DNA from: an uncultured Prevotella sp.
GTDB lineage: Bacteria; Bacteroidota; Bacteroidia; Bacteroidales; Bacteroidaceae
Direction: 5' to 3'
Assembly: GCA_905372445.1 (NCBI GenBank)
Contig: CAJPPF010000001.1
Coordinates: 1-48,344 of the forward strand
Length of the DNA stretch: 48,344 bases
Shown: piece by piece, positions 38,075-48,275 of the stretch
Layout: each line of letters opens with the position of its first letter
How positions within the stretch are numbered: the stretch's first letter is position 1
The notes under the pieces: generated by a model
Database searches by the model: none
Seen by the model: only the letters and a program-made list of their open reading frames with translations
Told to the model about the DNA's origin: nothing
Position numbers and translations under genes: made by a program

Positions 38075-40795
38075 TCAGAACATAGAGAACTGTCCGTCGT
38101 CGTCGACTTTAAAATTCAGCACATTGTCGGCAGCAGTGTCCTGCTCTGTCTGTTCTTCCGTTTCGTCTTTTGTTTCCTCTTCTTCCGTAGTGTCATCGTC
38201 TTCCTCTGCGGCAGGCTCCGGGAAGCGTGTAGGTTTGAGTTCCTCTATCTTGGAAATGTCCCATGTGGAAATTCGTTTGCCCTTAGCTTTGAATCCCTTC
38301 ACCTGAATAAACTGCTCCACATCTATCTCCATCGCCTCACGGAAAGCGTCGTTTCCTCCGAATGTGACCTTAATTAACGGGTATACCTCGTCGGATAGCA
38401 ATGCAAGTGTGCTCTCCGGGTTCTCGCCAACGAAGCTCTGGTGCTTCTTTGCCACTTCCATCTGAAAGCGTTTTATGTAAGCATATCCTTGATTGTCGGC
38501 ATCATACACTACGGCGCTCCACACCTTGCCATTATCGAATTTCTCGATTCTCATGATGTTATCCTCGTAGTGGTTATTGACATCATAGTTGGTGAAGTAG
38601 TATTCTCCGTTCGTCAGTATGACCAGAATCAGGTCGTCCTCCTTAAACTCGCCGAGCAAACGACCGTTGCCGTCGTAGTTTATGCGGTTCACGTCAGGGT
38701 CGTACCATACGTTGCGACCGCCGAGAGTTGACCGTCCCTGGCTCTTCATGCTGATGCGATGGACATTATATTTCGTCATCAGATTACCCTTCGACGAACG
38801 TCTTTTTATCAGAATGTCGGATAAATCGTAGTCGATGAATATCCTACGGAGTTTAGGGTTTGTCTCAAGCGTTACCTTTATCACCTCTGCCTCGCCGTTC
38901 GGATTGGCGGTGAAATACAGAACCTTTGACCCCGGAGCACCTTGTGTGAGGTCGTATTCCTTGTCGCGCGTTATTGATGTGACGTAAAAGCGTTTAACAT
39001 AGCAGTAGCCTTGTTTTCCGTTACGATATACTGCATTGTAGATTGTGCGCTGGTCGTTCTTCTTGAACACCTGCACATACATCACGTTCTTACCTACGAA
39101 TATTTTTTCTGCAACCTTGATTACTTTGTATTTGCCGTCTTTATAGAAGACTATGATATCGTCGATATCCGAACAGTTGCAAATATACTCGTCTTTCTTC
39201 AGTCCCGTGCCGATGAATCCTTCCTGACGGTTTATGTAGAGTTTCTCGTTTGCTTCTACGACCTTGGCAGCCTCTATTGTATCGAAGTTGCGTATCTCTG
39301 TAAGGCGCGGATGCTCGTCTCCGTACTTGTTCTTTATGAACTCGAACCAACTTACTGTGACGTCTTTCATATGCTTCAGGTCGTGGTCGATACTCTTCAC
39401 TTCCGCCTTTATCTTTGCTATGAGTTCGTCGTTCTTGTCTTTGTTGAACTTCAAGATGCGCTGCATTTTTATCTCCATGAGGCGCAGGATGTCGTCGCGT
39501 GTCACCTCACGAATGAGCGATGGCTTGAACGGCTCGAGTTTCTGGTCGACAAAGGTGATTGCAGCATCCATGTCGGGTGCTTGCTCGAACTGTCGCTCCT
39601 TATAGATTCTCTCTTCGATGAATATACGTTCAAGAGAAGCAAAGAAGAGTTGTTCGAGGAGTTCGGCACGGCGTATCTCGAGTTCTTTCTTCAGAAGGGC
39701 GAGAGTCCGGTCGGCTGAATGTCGAAGCACATCATTGACAGTAAGGAAGCAGGGCTTATCGTTCTCTATGACACAGCAGTTGGGACTTAGGTTTATCTCG
39801 CAGTCGGAGAAAGCGTACAGGGCATCTATGGTCTTGTCGGACGATATGCCCGGCGTGAGATGAATGAGTATCTCCACCTGAGCCGCCGTCAGGTCTTCCA
39901 CCTTCTTGGCTTTAATCTTACCCTTGTCGATAGCCTTCAGTATAGAGTCGATGAGTGTCTCGGCAGTCTTCGAGAATGGTATCTCGCGGATGACGAGAGT
40001 CTTGTTGTCGAGTTTTTCTATCTTCGCACGTACTTTCAGCGAGCCGCCTCGCTGACCTCCGTTGTATTTCGATACGTCAATAGAGCCGCCGGTAGGAAAG
40101 TCGGGATATAGATTGAAGTCCTCTCCGCGCAGGTAACCGATGGCTGCGTCGCAGAGTTCATTGAAGTTGTGAGGCAGGATTTTCGACGACAGCCCCACGG
40201 CGATGCCCTCTGCTCCTTGCGCGAGCAGCAGCGGAAACTTAGCCGGAAGGGTTATAGGTTCTTTGTTTCGTCCGTCGTAGGATAACTGCCAGTCGGTTGT
40301 CTTCGGGTTAAACACCACGTCGAGAGCAAACTTTGTCAGTCGCGCCTCGATATAACGTGGTGCTGCGGCACGTGCTCCGGTGAGTATGTTTCCCCAGTTT
40401 CCCTGCGTGTCGATGAGCAAATCTTTCTGTCCCATCTGCACGAGGGCATCGCCGATAGATGCGTCACCGTGAGGATGAAACTGCATTGTATGTCCCACAA
40501 TGTTTGCCACTTTGTTGAATCTGCCGTCGTCCATGCGTTTCATAGAATGGAGTATACGTCGCTGAACGGGCTTCAGTCCGTCCTCGATATTAGGCACGGC
40601 ACGTTCAAGAATCACGTAAGAGGCATAATCCAAAAACCAACTTTGGTACATCCCGCTGAGGTTGTGTACCACAGAAGAGTCAAAACGGTTGGCAGGCTGA
40701 TAATCGGAATGAGCATTCGTCCTGTCGTCAGATTCGACTTCTTCATTGCTTATGTTTTCTTCTATTTCTTCAATGTCCTTCGTTTCGTCACTCAT
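38075..40795 (-). CDS. parC: DNA topoisomerase IV subunit A
   Basis: DGLKPVQRR, FHPHGDASI, AAPRYIEARL (catalytic Tyr); Bacteroidetes ParC-type sequence; ATG 40795 follows a TACCTTTG box. Confidence 0.93.
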   Translation of the reverse strand: MSDETKDIEEIEENISNEEVESDDRTNAHSDYQPANRFDSSVVHNLSGMYQSWFLDYASYVILERAVPNIEDGLKPVQRRILHSMKRMDDGRFNKVANIVGHTMQFHPHGDASIGDALVQMGQKDLLIDTQGNWGNILTGARAAAPRYIEARLTKFALDVVFNPKTTDWQLSYDGRNKEPITLPAKFPLLLAQGAEGIAVGLSSKILPHNFNELCDAAIGYLRGEDFNLYPDFPTGGSIDVSKYNGGQRGGSLKVRAKIEKLDNKTLVIREIPFSKTAETLIDSILKAIDKGKIKAKKVEDLTAAQVEILIHLTPGISSDKTIDALYAFSDCEINLSPNCCVIENDKPCFLTVNDVLRHSADRTLALLKKELEIRRAELLEQLFFASLERIFIEERIYKERQFEQAPDMDAAITFVDQKLEPFKPSLIREVTRDDILRLMEIKMQRILKFNKDKNDELIAKIKAEVKSIDHDLKHMKDVTVSWFEFIKNKYGDEHPRLTEIRNFDTIEAAKVVEANEKLYINRQEGFIGTGLKKDEYICNCSDIDDIIVFYKDGKYKVIKVAEKIFVGKNVMYVQVFKKNDQRTIYNAVYRNGKQGYCYVKRFYVTSITRDKEYDLTQGAPGSKVLYFTANPNGEAEVIKVTLETNPKLRRIFIDYDLSDILIKRRSSKGNLMTKYNVHRISMKSQGRSTLGGRNVWYDPDVNRINYDGNGRLLGEFKEDDLILVILTNGEYYFTNYDVNNHYEDNIMRIEKFDNGKVWSAVVYDADNQGYAYIKRFQMEVAKKHQSFVGENPESTLALLSDEVYPLIKVTFGGNDAFREAMEIDVEQFIQVKGFKAKGKRISTWDISKIEELKPTRFPEPAAEEDDDTTEEEETKDETEEQTEQDTAADNVLNFKVDDDGQFSMF

Positions 40796-40940
40796 TGTAG
40801 TAATATTTATTGTTACAAAGGTAATCAAAATTGACGGAAAAACAAAAAATGCCCTGTCTTTATTATTCTTTATGCCGTTTTTTCCGTATATTTGCACTTG
40901 ACAATTTCAGTTGAACACTAATAGTTTCAGGATAATTAAA

Positions 40941-41133
40941 CCCAAAACGGTCAATAGATTCCTAAGTGATTTCGTCTGATTGTTGAGTAGATCAGCAGTC
41001 TTGTTACCGCAGGCGTAGCGGGCTACGACAAGGTAATAAGACTGCTAAGATGCCACACAAGCGGGCGAAAGCAGTAGGAAAGCTCTTGATCTTTGATAAT
41101 AGAACTACACCGTGGTCTATTGACCGTTTTGGG
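40941..41133 (-). mobile_element. MITE A, complete 193-bp copy
   Basis: Perfect 18-bp TIR CCCAAAACGGTCAATAGA; TTAAA TSD. Confidence 0.92.
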
Positions 41134-41190
41134 TTAAAGCAGGCATATACGGTTGTGCCGGCTTGTTGTCCGAGCATACAGAATATAGCG

Positions 41191-42471
41191 ATGGCGAGAA
41201 GACTCTCAAAGAAAAAGATATCAGTATGGTTGCTGCTCCTTGCAGTATTTTTGTTTTTCAGATGTGGTGGACCGAAGGCGGTGACGACATCTGTTAAGAA
41301 AGTGTTTACAAGGAGCGAGAAGAATACAAACGCAAAACTCGCCGCGAACGACCTTAATATCGACCCGACACTTGCTCATAGGCTTGATTCTTTCGTCAAC
41401 GCGACCAATCGCCTTGGCACACTCGGTGTCTACATCTATGACGAGACAGCCAGCAAAGAGGTCTACGGCTATCGTGCCGACACACTCATGCGACCGGCAT
41501 CGAACATGAAGATGCTCACATCCATTGCCGCCATACGTAAGTTAGGTCCCAATTACAGGTTCACGAGCGGTGCTTACATGAATGGCAGAAAATATGGCGA
41601 CGTGCTGACTGGTGACATAGGATTTAAGTTTACATTCGATCCCTGGTTTGATTCTGTGAAACTGCATGACCTTACGTCGTCGTTTGCAAAGGAGGGAATA
41701 CGTCGCATTGACGGTCGTGTGATTGTCGATATGGTGATGCGCGAGCCAATGCAGCACGAGGAACACTGGACTGTGGGCGACCTGAAGACACGTCGTCTCG
41801 GTATGCTTTACCGCGGAGAAAAGCGCGTACTCAACGAGGTGAGGTATGCACTGCGTGCGCATGGTGTGAATTTTTCCGACTCTCAGGTGGTGATTTCTAA
41901 AATTCCAAAAGGCTCGCGTTTACTCGCAAAAGTCTCATCGCCGATGTATAAATCTTTGGAGCTTGCTATCAATAACTCTTCCAACGAACAGGCAGAATGC
42001 CTTAGTTTTGCCCTTTCCGGACTGCATCTCAGCGGTCAGAATTTCCGTGAGGCAGGTACTGAGTATCTTCGCACATTCATATCGAAGGAGCTTGGTGTCA
42101 ATCCCGACGAGGTCAGTGTCATCCACGATGGCTGCGGGCTGTGTGTCCACGATAGGCTGACACCGCGGTTCCTTGTACGTCTGCTGCACTATGCCCGCAG
42201 ACATGAGTATATCCATAATATGCTGGCAATGTATATGCCTGTGTCGGGAAAGACCGGCACACTGCATAACCGCATGCACCGCGAGGCAGTACGTGGAAAG
42301 GTGAAGGCAAAGACCGGCACGCTGACACGTGAGGACGGCATCACCTCGTTGGCAGGATATGTTGTAGGAAAGAATGGTCACACGCTCTCATTCGCCATTA
42401 TTCAGAATGAAGTTCCCGTGGCTGATGCCCGTCTGTGGCAGGATCGTTTTTGCGAGCAGTTGCTGCAATAA
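41191..42471 (+). CDS. dacB: D-Ala-D-Ala carboxypeptidase/endopeptidase (PBP4, S13)
   Basis: PASNMK (SxxK), SSN (SxN), DGCGL, AKTGTL; the ORF-track start 41050 lies inside MITE A. Confidence 0.88.
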   Translation: MARRLSKKKISVWLLLLAVFLFFRCGGPKAVTTSVKKVFTRSEKNTNAKLAANDLNIDPTLAHRLDSFVNATNRLGTLGVYIYDETASKEVYGYRADTLMRPASNMKMLTSIAAIRKLGPNYRFTSGAYMNGRKYGDVLTGDIGFKFTFDPWFDSVKLHDLTSSFAKEGIRRIDGRVIVDMVMREPMQHEEHWTVGDLKTRRLGMLYRGEKRVLNEVRYALRAHGVNFSDSQVVISKIPKGSRLLAKVSSPMYKSLELAINNSSNEQAECLSFALSGLHLSGQNFREAGTEYLRTFISKELGVNPDEVSVIHDGCGLCVHDRLTPRFLVRLLHYARRHEYIHNMLAMYMPVSGKTGTLHNRMHREAVRGKVKAKTGTLTREDGITSLAGYVVGKNGHTLSFAIIQNEVPVADARLWQDRFCEQLLQ

Positions 42472-42497
42472 AAACAAAGAACTATGGAATGCGAAAG

Positions 42498-42589
42498 CAA
42501 AACACCCTATATTGGTCGTGCAATACAGGGTGTTTTGGTACTGCAATATAGGGTATTTTGGTCGACCAAAATAGGGTGTTTTCCAAATG
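42498..42589. repeat. Four-unit 23-bp-period array, first unit inverted
   Basis: 17-bp core CAATATAGGGTGTTTTG variants at 42498 (inverted), 42521, 42544, 42567 with 6-bp linkers GTCGTG/GTACTG/GTCGAC. Confidence 0.85.
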
Positions 42590-42696
42590 ACTGACAATGA
42601 GACTGTTACAAAGGTGCTGCGGATATGGATTTCCGGTTTTTCAAAAACAGTTTTTTGTGTCTATGAAATTGTATTCGTCTTTATATGTTTCATAAA

Positions 42697-42889
42697 CCCA
42701 AAACGGTCAATAGATTTCTAAGTGATTTCGTCTGATTGTTGAGCAGATTAGCAGTCTTGTTGCCGTGGGCGTAGCGGGTTACGGCAAAGTAATAAGGCTG
42801 ATAAGATGCCACACAAGCGGACGAAAGCAGTAGGAAAGCTCTTGTTCTTTGATAATAAAACGACACCGCGGTCTATTGACCTTTTTGGG
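42697..42889 (-). mobile_element. MITE A, complete 193-bp copy
   Basis: TIRs present; ATAAA TSD. Confidence 0.92.
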
Positions 42890-43093
42890 ATAAAAGAAAG
42901 CAGGCATTCTGAGCAATACGTAATGATAATTATTCCTAATAAATTTGGTGGTTCCACTGAATTTCAGTAATTTTGCAAGATGATTTTATAAATCAAATGT
43001 CTTTTTCCAGGTCGCTCTCATGGGATGGTTAGACAATCATTCCTTTTATTTATGTCGGCGATTAGGTAACGATAACAATAAAAAAACAATAAT

Positions 43094-44638
43094 ATGGCAC
43101 AGCAAGAAGATGTTTTCAAGAAGATTGTGAGCCACTGTAAGGAGTATGGCTTCGTGTTTCCAAGTAGTGATATTTACGACGGTTTAGGTGCGGTCTACGA
43201 CTACGGTCAGATGGGTGTTGAACTGAAGAACAATATCAAGCAGTATTGGTGGCAGTACATGGTACTCGTACATGAGAACATTGTAGGCATCGACTCTGCT
43301 ATTTTCATGCACCCGACTATCTGGAAGGCTTCCGGACATGTTGACGCTTTTAACGATCCTCTCATCGACAACCGCGACTCAAAGAAGCGCTATCGTGCCG
43401 ACGTTCTCATCGAAGACCAGATTGCAAAGTACGACGAAAAGATCGACAAGGAGGTGGAGAAGGCACGCAAACGTTTCAAGGAAAACTTCGACGAGGCGCA
43501 GTATCGTGCAACATCGCCACGTGTACTTGAGCTGCAGGAGAAGCGCGACGCCCTTCATCAGCGTTTTGCCGATGCCATGAACGCCACCGACCTTGAAGGA
43601 CTGCGGCAGATTATCCTCGACGAAGAGATTGCCTGTCCTATCTCCGGCACACGCAACTGGACCGACGTGCGCCAGTTCAACCTTATGTTCTCTACAGAAA
43701 TGGGATCTACGGCAGAAGGTGCAAGCAAAATCTACCTGCGTCCGGAGACCGCACAAGGTATTTTCGTGAACTATCTCAACGTTCAGAAGACCGGTCGAAT
43801 GAAGATTCCTTTCGGCATAGCACAGATTGGCAAGGCGTTCCGTAACGAGATTGTCGCTCGTCAGTTCATATTCCGTATGCGTGAGTTTGAGCAGATGGAG
43901 ATGCAGTTCTTCGTAAAGCCCGGCACAGAACTCGACTGGTTCGAGACATGGAAGAAACGTCGTATGGCTTGGCATCAGGCACTCGGTTTCGGAGCAGAGA
44001 ACTATCGTTTCCACGACCACGAGAAGCTCGCTCATTATGCAAATGCTGCTTCTGACGTAGAGTTCCACATGCCGTTTGGTTTCAAAGAGGTCGAGGGCAT
44101 CCACTCACGTACCGATTTCGACCTGTCACAGCATGCAAAGTTCTCAGGCAAGAAGATAGAATACTTCGATCCGGAGCTTGGCGAGAGCTACACACCATAC
44201 GTCATAGAGACATCAATCGGCGTTGACCGTATGTTCCTTTCGGTGATGTGTCACTCCTACGAGGAGCAGAAGCTCGAGAGCGGAGAGACACGTACAGTGT
44301 TGCATCTGCCTGCAGCACTTGCTCCGGTGAAGCTCGCTGTGTTCCCACTCACTAAGAAAGACGGTCTGCCGGAGAAGGCGCGTGAGATTATCAACGACCT
44401 GAAGTTCCATTTCAACTGTCAGTATGAAGAGAAGGATCAGATAGGAAAGCGCTATCGCAGACAGGACGCTATAGGTACACCTTACTGCGTTACCATTGAC
44501 CACCAGAGCCTCGAGGACAACACAGTAACACTGCGTCATCGTGATACAATGGAGCAGGAACGCGTGAACATTAACGACCTGCGTGCACTCATCGAGGACA
44601 AGGTGAGTATTACAAGTCTTCTTAGAAACCTTGAATAG
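43094..44638 (+). CDS. glyQS: Glycine--tRNA ligase (alpha2 type)
   Basis: SGHVDAFNDP, YLRPETAQGIF, FRNEI..FRMREFEQME, anticodon-binding domain IGKRYRRQD. Confidence 0.96.
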   Translation: MAQQEDVFKKIVSHCKEYGFVFPSSDIYDGLGAVYDYGQMGVELKNNIKQYWWQYMVLVHENIVGIDSAIFMHPTIWKASGHVDAFNDPLIDNRDSKKRYRADVLIEDQIAKYDEKIDKEVEKARKRFKENFDEAQYRATSPRVLELQEKRDALHQRFADAMNATDLEGLRQIILDEEIACPISGTRNWTDVRQFNLMFSTEMGSTAEGASKIYLRPETAQGIFVNYLNVQKTGRMKIPFGIAQIGKAFRNEIVARQFIFRMREFEQMEMQFFVKPGTELDWFETWKKRRMAWHQALGFGAENYRFHDHEKLAHYANAASDVEFHMPFGFKEVEGIHSRTDFDLSQHAKFSGKKIEYFDPELGESYTPYVIETSIGVDRMFLSVMCHSYEEQKLESGETRTVLHLPAALAPVKLAVFPLTKKDGLPEKAREIINDLKFHFNCQYEEKDQIGKRYRRQDAIGTPYCVTIDHQSLEDNTVTLRHRDTMEQERVNINDLRALIEDKVSITSLLRNLE

Positions 44639-44646
44639 AATAGATT

Positions 44647-45276
44647 ATGAAACACGAAAAAATATTTTATCTCATCGCTCTGCTGTTCATGACGCTTACC
44701 ATGGCGTCGTGTTCGGAAAACGATAACACCGTAGAGGAATATCCAAACTGGAAGGCAAAGAACGAGGTTTACTTCAATACACTCTATGCTACAACACAGC
44801 AGAAGATTGCATCAGGTGATACTTCGTGGAAGATAATACCTAATTTCTCGCTTCAGTTACCTGAAAAAAATATAACTCTCAAGCCGGAGAACAATATCAT
44901 CGTTGAGGTCCTGAAGGAGGGAAAAGGTTCGGGGTGTCCTATCTACACTGATAATGTGCGCTGCCACTATATGGGGCGTCTGCTTCCTTCGACAAGTTAT
45001 GCTGACGGTTTAGTCTTCGACAAGTCATATTATGGCACATTCAATGAAGCAACGGCTAATCCGGCAACATTCACCATCAACGGCGGTCTTGTCGACGGCT
45101 TTGCCACTGCCATGCAGAATATGCACATAGGCGACAAGTGGAGGGTTTATATTCCTTATCAGTTAGGTTATGGCAAGAAGGGGGCGAAGACGATTCCTGC
45201 GTATTCTACTCTGATTTTCGAGATAATCCTTGTGAGTTATTATCGGGCAGATGCTGATGTGCCGAAGGTAAATTAG
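44647..45276 (+). CDS. FKBP-type peptidyl-prolyl isomerase, lipoprotein
   Basis: Lipobox MASC; HYMGRL, VFD.S, GDKWRVYIPYQLGYG, IPAYSTLIFEI. Confidence 0.9.
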   Translation: MKHEKIFYLIALLFMTLTMASCSENDNTVEEYPNWKAKNEVYFNTLYATTQQKIASGDTSWKIIPNFSLQLPEKNITLKPENNIIVEVLKEGKGSGCPIYTDNVRCHYMGRLLPSTSYADGLVFDKSYYGTFNEATANPATFTINGGLVDGFATAMQNMHIGDKWRVYIPYQLGYGKKGAKTIPAYSTLIFEIILVSYYRADADVPKVN

Positions 45277-45429
45277 AAAGGTTCTGTATATTCTTTTGGG
45301 GCATATTGTGATTTTATGCAAATCTTTTTTGTGGTCGGACATGTTGATTGCAGAGGTTTGCACTGCCTGAAATTTTGGAAAAAAGACAGGGAAGAAAGTC
45401 GGAATATGACTGAGACGATTAGACATAAT

Positions 45430-45622
45430 CCCTAAACGTTCAATAGATTCCTCAGTGATTTCGTCTGATTGTTGAGCAGATTGGCAGTCTTGTTACCGTG
45501 GGCGTAGCGGGCTACGTCAAGGTAATAAGGCTGGTAAGATGCCACACAAACGGGCGAAAGCAGTAGGAAAGCTCTTATTCTTTGATAATAAAAATGCACC
45601 GCGGTCTATTGACCGTTTTGGG
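45430..45622 (-). mobile_element. MITE A, complete 193-bp copy
   Basis: TIRs present; ATAAT TSD. Confidence 0.92.
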
Positions 45623-45742
45623 ATAATCAAACCGAATATACAGCAACGGTGTAGGCAAAACCTGCCGTTAGTTATACATATTTATATATATAGCAGTGAC
45701 GTCGAGAACACCTCACGTTGCCACTGCTCACTCACATAAGAT

Positions 45743-47128
45743 TTGAAAGATAGCGAAAAACTCCTTGCGAAGATACGCGATGGGCTGGACTTGACGAGCG
45801 GCGAGAAACTATGGCTCATTATCAGCCTTAGTATTCCGTCTATATTAGCGCAGATGACATCTACGTTAATGTTCTTTATTGATGCCGCCATGGTAGGCGC
45901 CTTGGGAGCAGAAGCATCAGCATCTATCGGTATCGTGGAGACCACTACATGGCTCTTCGGCTCTCTCAATGCCGCTGCCTCTATGGGATTCGGCGTGCAG
46001 GTGGCGCAGGCGATAGGTGCCAAAGACTTCGTCAAAGCCCGTCAAGTGGTACGCACAGGTCTTGTGGCAATACTCTGTTTTACTCTTTTCCTTACTACGC
46101 TGGCTGTATCGGTACACTCTAAGCTGCCGCTGTGGATGGGTGGAGGAGAAGATATCGCCCACGACGCATCGCTCTACTTCCTTATCGTTTCCCTCTCGCT
46201 GCCCCTTTATCAACTGGCGAATTTCTCTACGAATATGCTGAAGAGCTCCGGAAACATGAAGATTCCTTCGGCTCTCAACATCCTTGCCTGTGTGCTTGAT
46301 GTCATATTCAACTATTTCTTTATCTACATCTGTGGCTGGGGAGTGCCTGGAGCCGCCTTAGGTTCATCGCTTGCAATCCTTATCCCTGCCGTCATTCTGG
46401 CTTATTTCGCTTATTGGCGCTCGCCGATGCTTGCTTTATGGAGAGAGAAAGCCAGTTGGCGCCCGAGGAAAGAATATCTGAAACGTGCCTTCTTCATCGC
46501 CTCGCCTATGGGATTACAATACTCGCTGATGAACATCGCACAGATGATTTCGACCGTCATTGTTGCCCCACTTGGCAATTTCGCCATTGCGGCAAACAAT
46601 TTCGCTATCACTGCCGAGGCTCTCTGTTATATGCCCGGTTACGGTATTGCCGATGCAGCGACGACACTTGTCGGGCAGAGTATCGGTGCAAAGCGAGTAG
46701 ACCTATGCAAGAGCCTTGCGTGGCGTTGTGTGGGATTGGGCATGCTTGTGATGAGTGTCATGGGCTTTATCATGTATGTCTTTGCACCGGAATTGATGGG
46801 AATGATGACACCTGTCGATGAAATTGTGCATCTCGGAGTTGCCGCTCTACGCATAGAGGCGTTCGCCGAACCGATGTTCGCCGCTGCCATTATCAGCAGC
46901 AGTTGTATGATTGGTGCCGGCGACACGCTCATACCTGCATGCATGAACTTAGGCACGATGTGGGGCATACGTCTCACACTGGCTTATTACCTTGCCCCTA
47001 TCTGGGGACTTACCGGTGTCTGGACGGCAATGGCGATAGAGCTTTCTATGCGTGGTCTCATCTTCCTCGTGCGACTGTTCAGAGGCAACTGGCTGAAAAT
47101 AAAGGTGGCAGGAGTTCCCGCCACCTAA
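45743..47128 (+). CDS. MATE family efflux transporter
   Basis: ~12 TM; D..MVG.LG, VAQAIGA, GAALGS, VGQSIGA repeats; TTG start. Confidence 0.9.
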   Translation: MKDSEKLLAKIRDGLDLTSGEKLWLIISLSIPSILAQMTSTLMFFIDAAMVGALGAEASASIGIVETTTWLFGSLNAAASMGFGVQVAQAIGAKDFVKARQVVRTGLVAILCFTLFLTTLAVSVHSKLPLWMGGGEDIAHDASLYFLIVSLSLPLYQLANFSTNMLKSSGNMKIPSALNILACVLDVIFNYFFIYICGWGVPGAALGSSLAILIPAVILAYFAYWRSPMLALWREKASWRPRKEYLKRAFFIASPMGLQYSLMNIAQMISTVIVAPLGNFAIAANNFAITAEALCYMPGYGIADAATTLVGQSIGAKRVDLCKSLAWRCVGLGMLVMSVMGFIMYVFAPELMGMMTPVDEIVHLGVAALRIEAFAEPMFAAAIISSSCMIGAGDTLIPACMNLGTMWGIRLTLAYYLAPIWGLTGVWTAMAIELSMRGLIFLVRLFRGNWLKIKVAGVPAT

Positions 47129-47256
47129 GTATTTTTATTCTATCAAAAACCAATACTCGGATATATCTCAGGCTTAGTCGACGAGGATATGACGGCATGC
47201 TGCATCCCATGACCATGGGTAGAGTGTGGCAGCTGTGGCGTAATAGTTATAGTGTC

Positions 47257-48156
47257 TTATACTAAATGGCGTATCAATTCCTCTCTATCGCCATGAAGCA
47301 TGTCGACGACGGGAATCTCAATCATTGTGTATGCGCCAGGCTGCTGCTTCATTGAAGCGCGTGCAACATTAACGAGTACCTGAGCTGTAAGGGCGGGGTT
47401 GTTGACCTTCATGTTGAACTCGAACAACTGGTTGTTGGTCTTGCCCGAAACACCCTTACGTGTGAGGTTTACGCCGTGACCTACATCGTTGAGGTCGTCA
47501 ACACATTTCACCTGCTGCACGTGGGTCTCATCGTTCACGAAGTAAGGATCAGCCTTGATAGCCGCCTCAACCTTCTTGAAGTCTGCGCCTTCCTCGAGTT
47601 CCACATAAACCATACGACGGTGAATGCCCGTACCTAAGGGAATCGTTATTGACAGTGCGTCGCGCACACCTTCGATGGCACGTACTGCCACAGAGTGCCC
47701 CATTGAACGTCCGGGACCGAAGTTTGTGTAGCTGATACCCTTTGGTGCGAGACTTTCCATGAGTGAACGCACGATAGAGTCAGAACCCGGATCCCATCCG
47801 GCAGCGATGATACTGACGACGCCATGCTCCTTTGCCACTGCGCCAAGCGAACGGCGGAGGTCTGTAATTTGTGTGTGAATATCGAAAGAGTCTACCGTGT
47901 TGATGCCTAACGCGAGGCACTTCTTTGCCGTTTCCTCAACCTTACGCGTTGGTGTTGCGAGAATCGCCACATCAACATCATTCAGGCAGGTTATATCCTT
48001 TACTATGGTATACTTTGAAAGCGTCTCCGGTTTGTTGTCTGCACCACTGCGACTTACAATTCCTGCAATCTCGAAATCAGGTGCTGCCTCGAGTGATTCA
48101 ATTGCGTAGCGACCGATGTTTCCTGTGCCGACTACAACTGCACGAATCTTTTTCAT
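47257..48156 (-). CDS. ddh: meso-Diaminopimelate D-dehydrogenase
   Basis: GTGNIG, NTVDSFDIH, GWDPGSDS, GPGRSMGHS, HG, NPALTA. Confidence 0.93.
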   Translation of the reverse strand: MKKIRAVVVGTGNIGRYAIESLEAAPDFEIAGIVSRSGADNKPETLSKYTIVKDITCLNDVDVAILATPTRKVEETAKKCLALGINTVDSFDIHTQITDLRRSLGAVAKEHGVVSIIAAGWDPGSDSIVRSLMESLAPKGISYTNFGPGRSMGHSVAVRAIEGVRDALSITIPLGTGIHRRMVYVELEEGADFKKVEAAIKADPYFVNDETHVQQVKCVDDLNDVGHGVNLTRKGVSGKTNNQLFEFNMKVNNPALTAQVLVNVARASMKQQPGAYTMIEIPVVDMLHGDREELIRHLV

Positions 48157-48275
48157 AATTAAATCTTTTTTTATGTCTGTAGATTTGTCATTTGTATTAT
48201 TACCCCGCAAAAGTACAAAAAAAAAACTTTTTGAGCAAATGTTTTTTTATTGTTTGACATGACACCGTTTTGCAT

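Noticed and set aside
41050..41190. ORF-track N-terminus of dacB and the related 45539..45739 ORF
   Set aside because: MITE A-derived sequence; the native start is more plausibly ATG 41191, just before the membrane anchor.
42498..42589. Possible CRISPR array
   Set aside because: Linkers are only 6 bp, cores are 17 bp with one inverted, and no cas genes are present.
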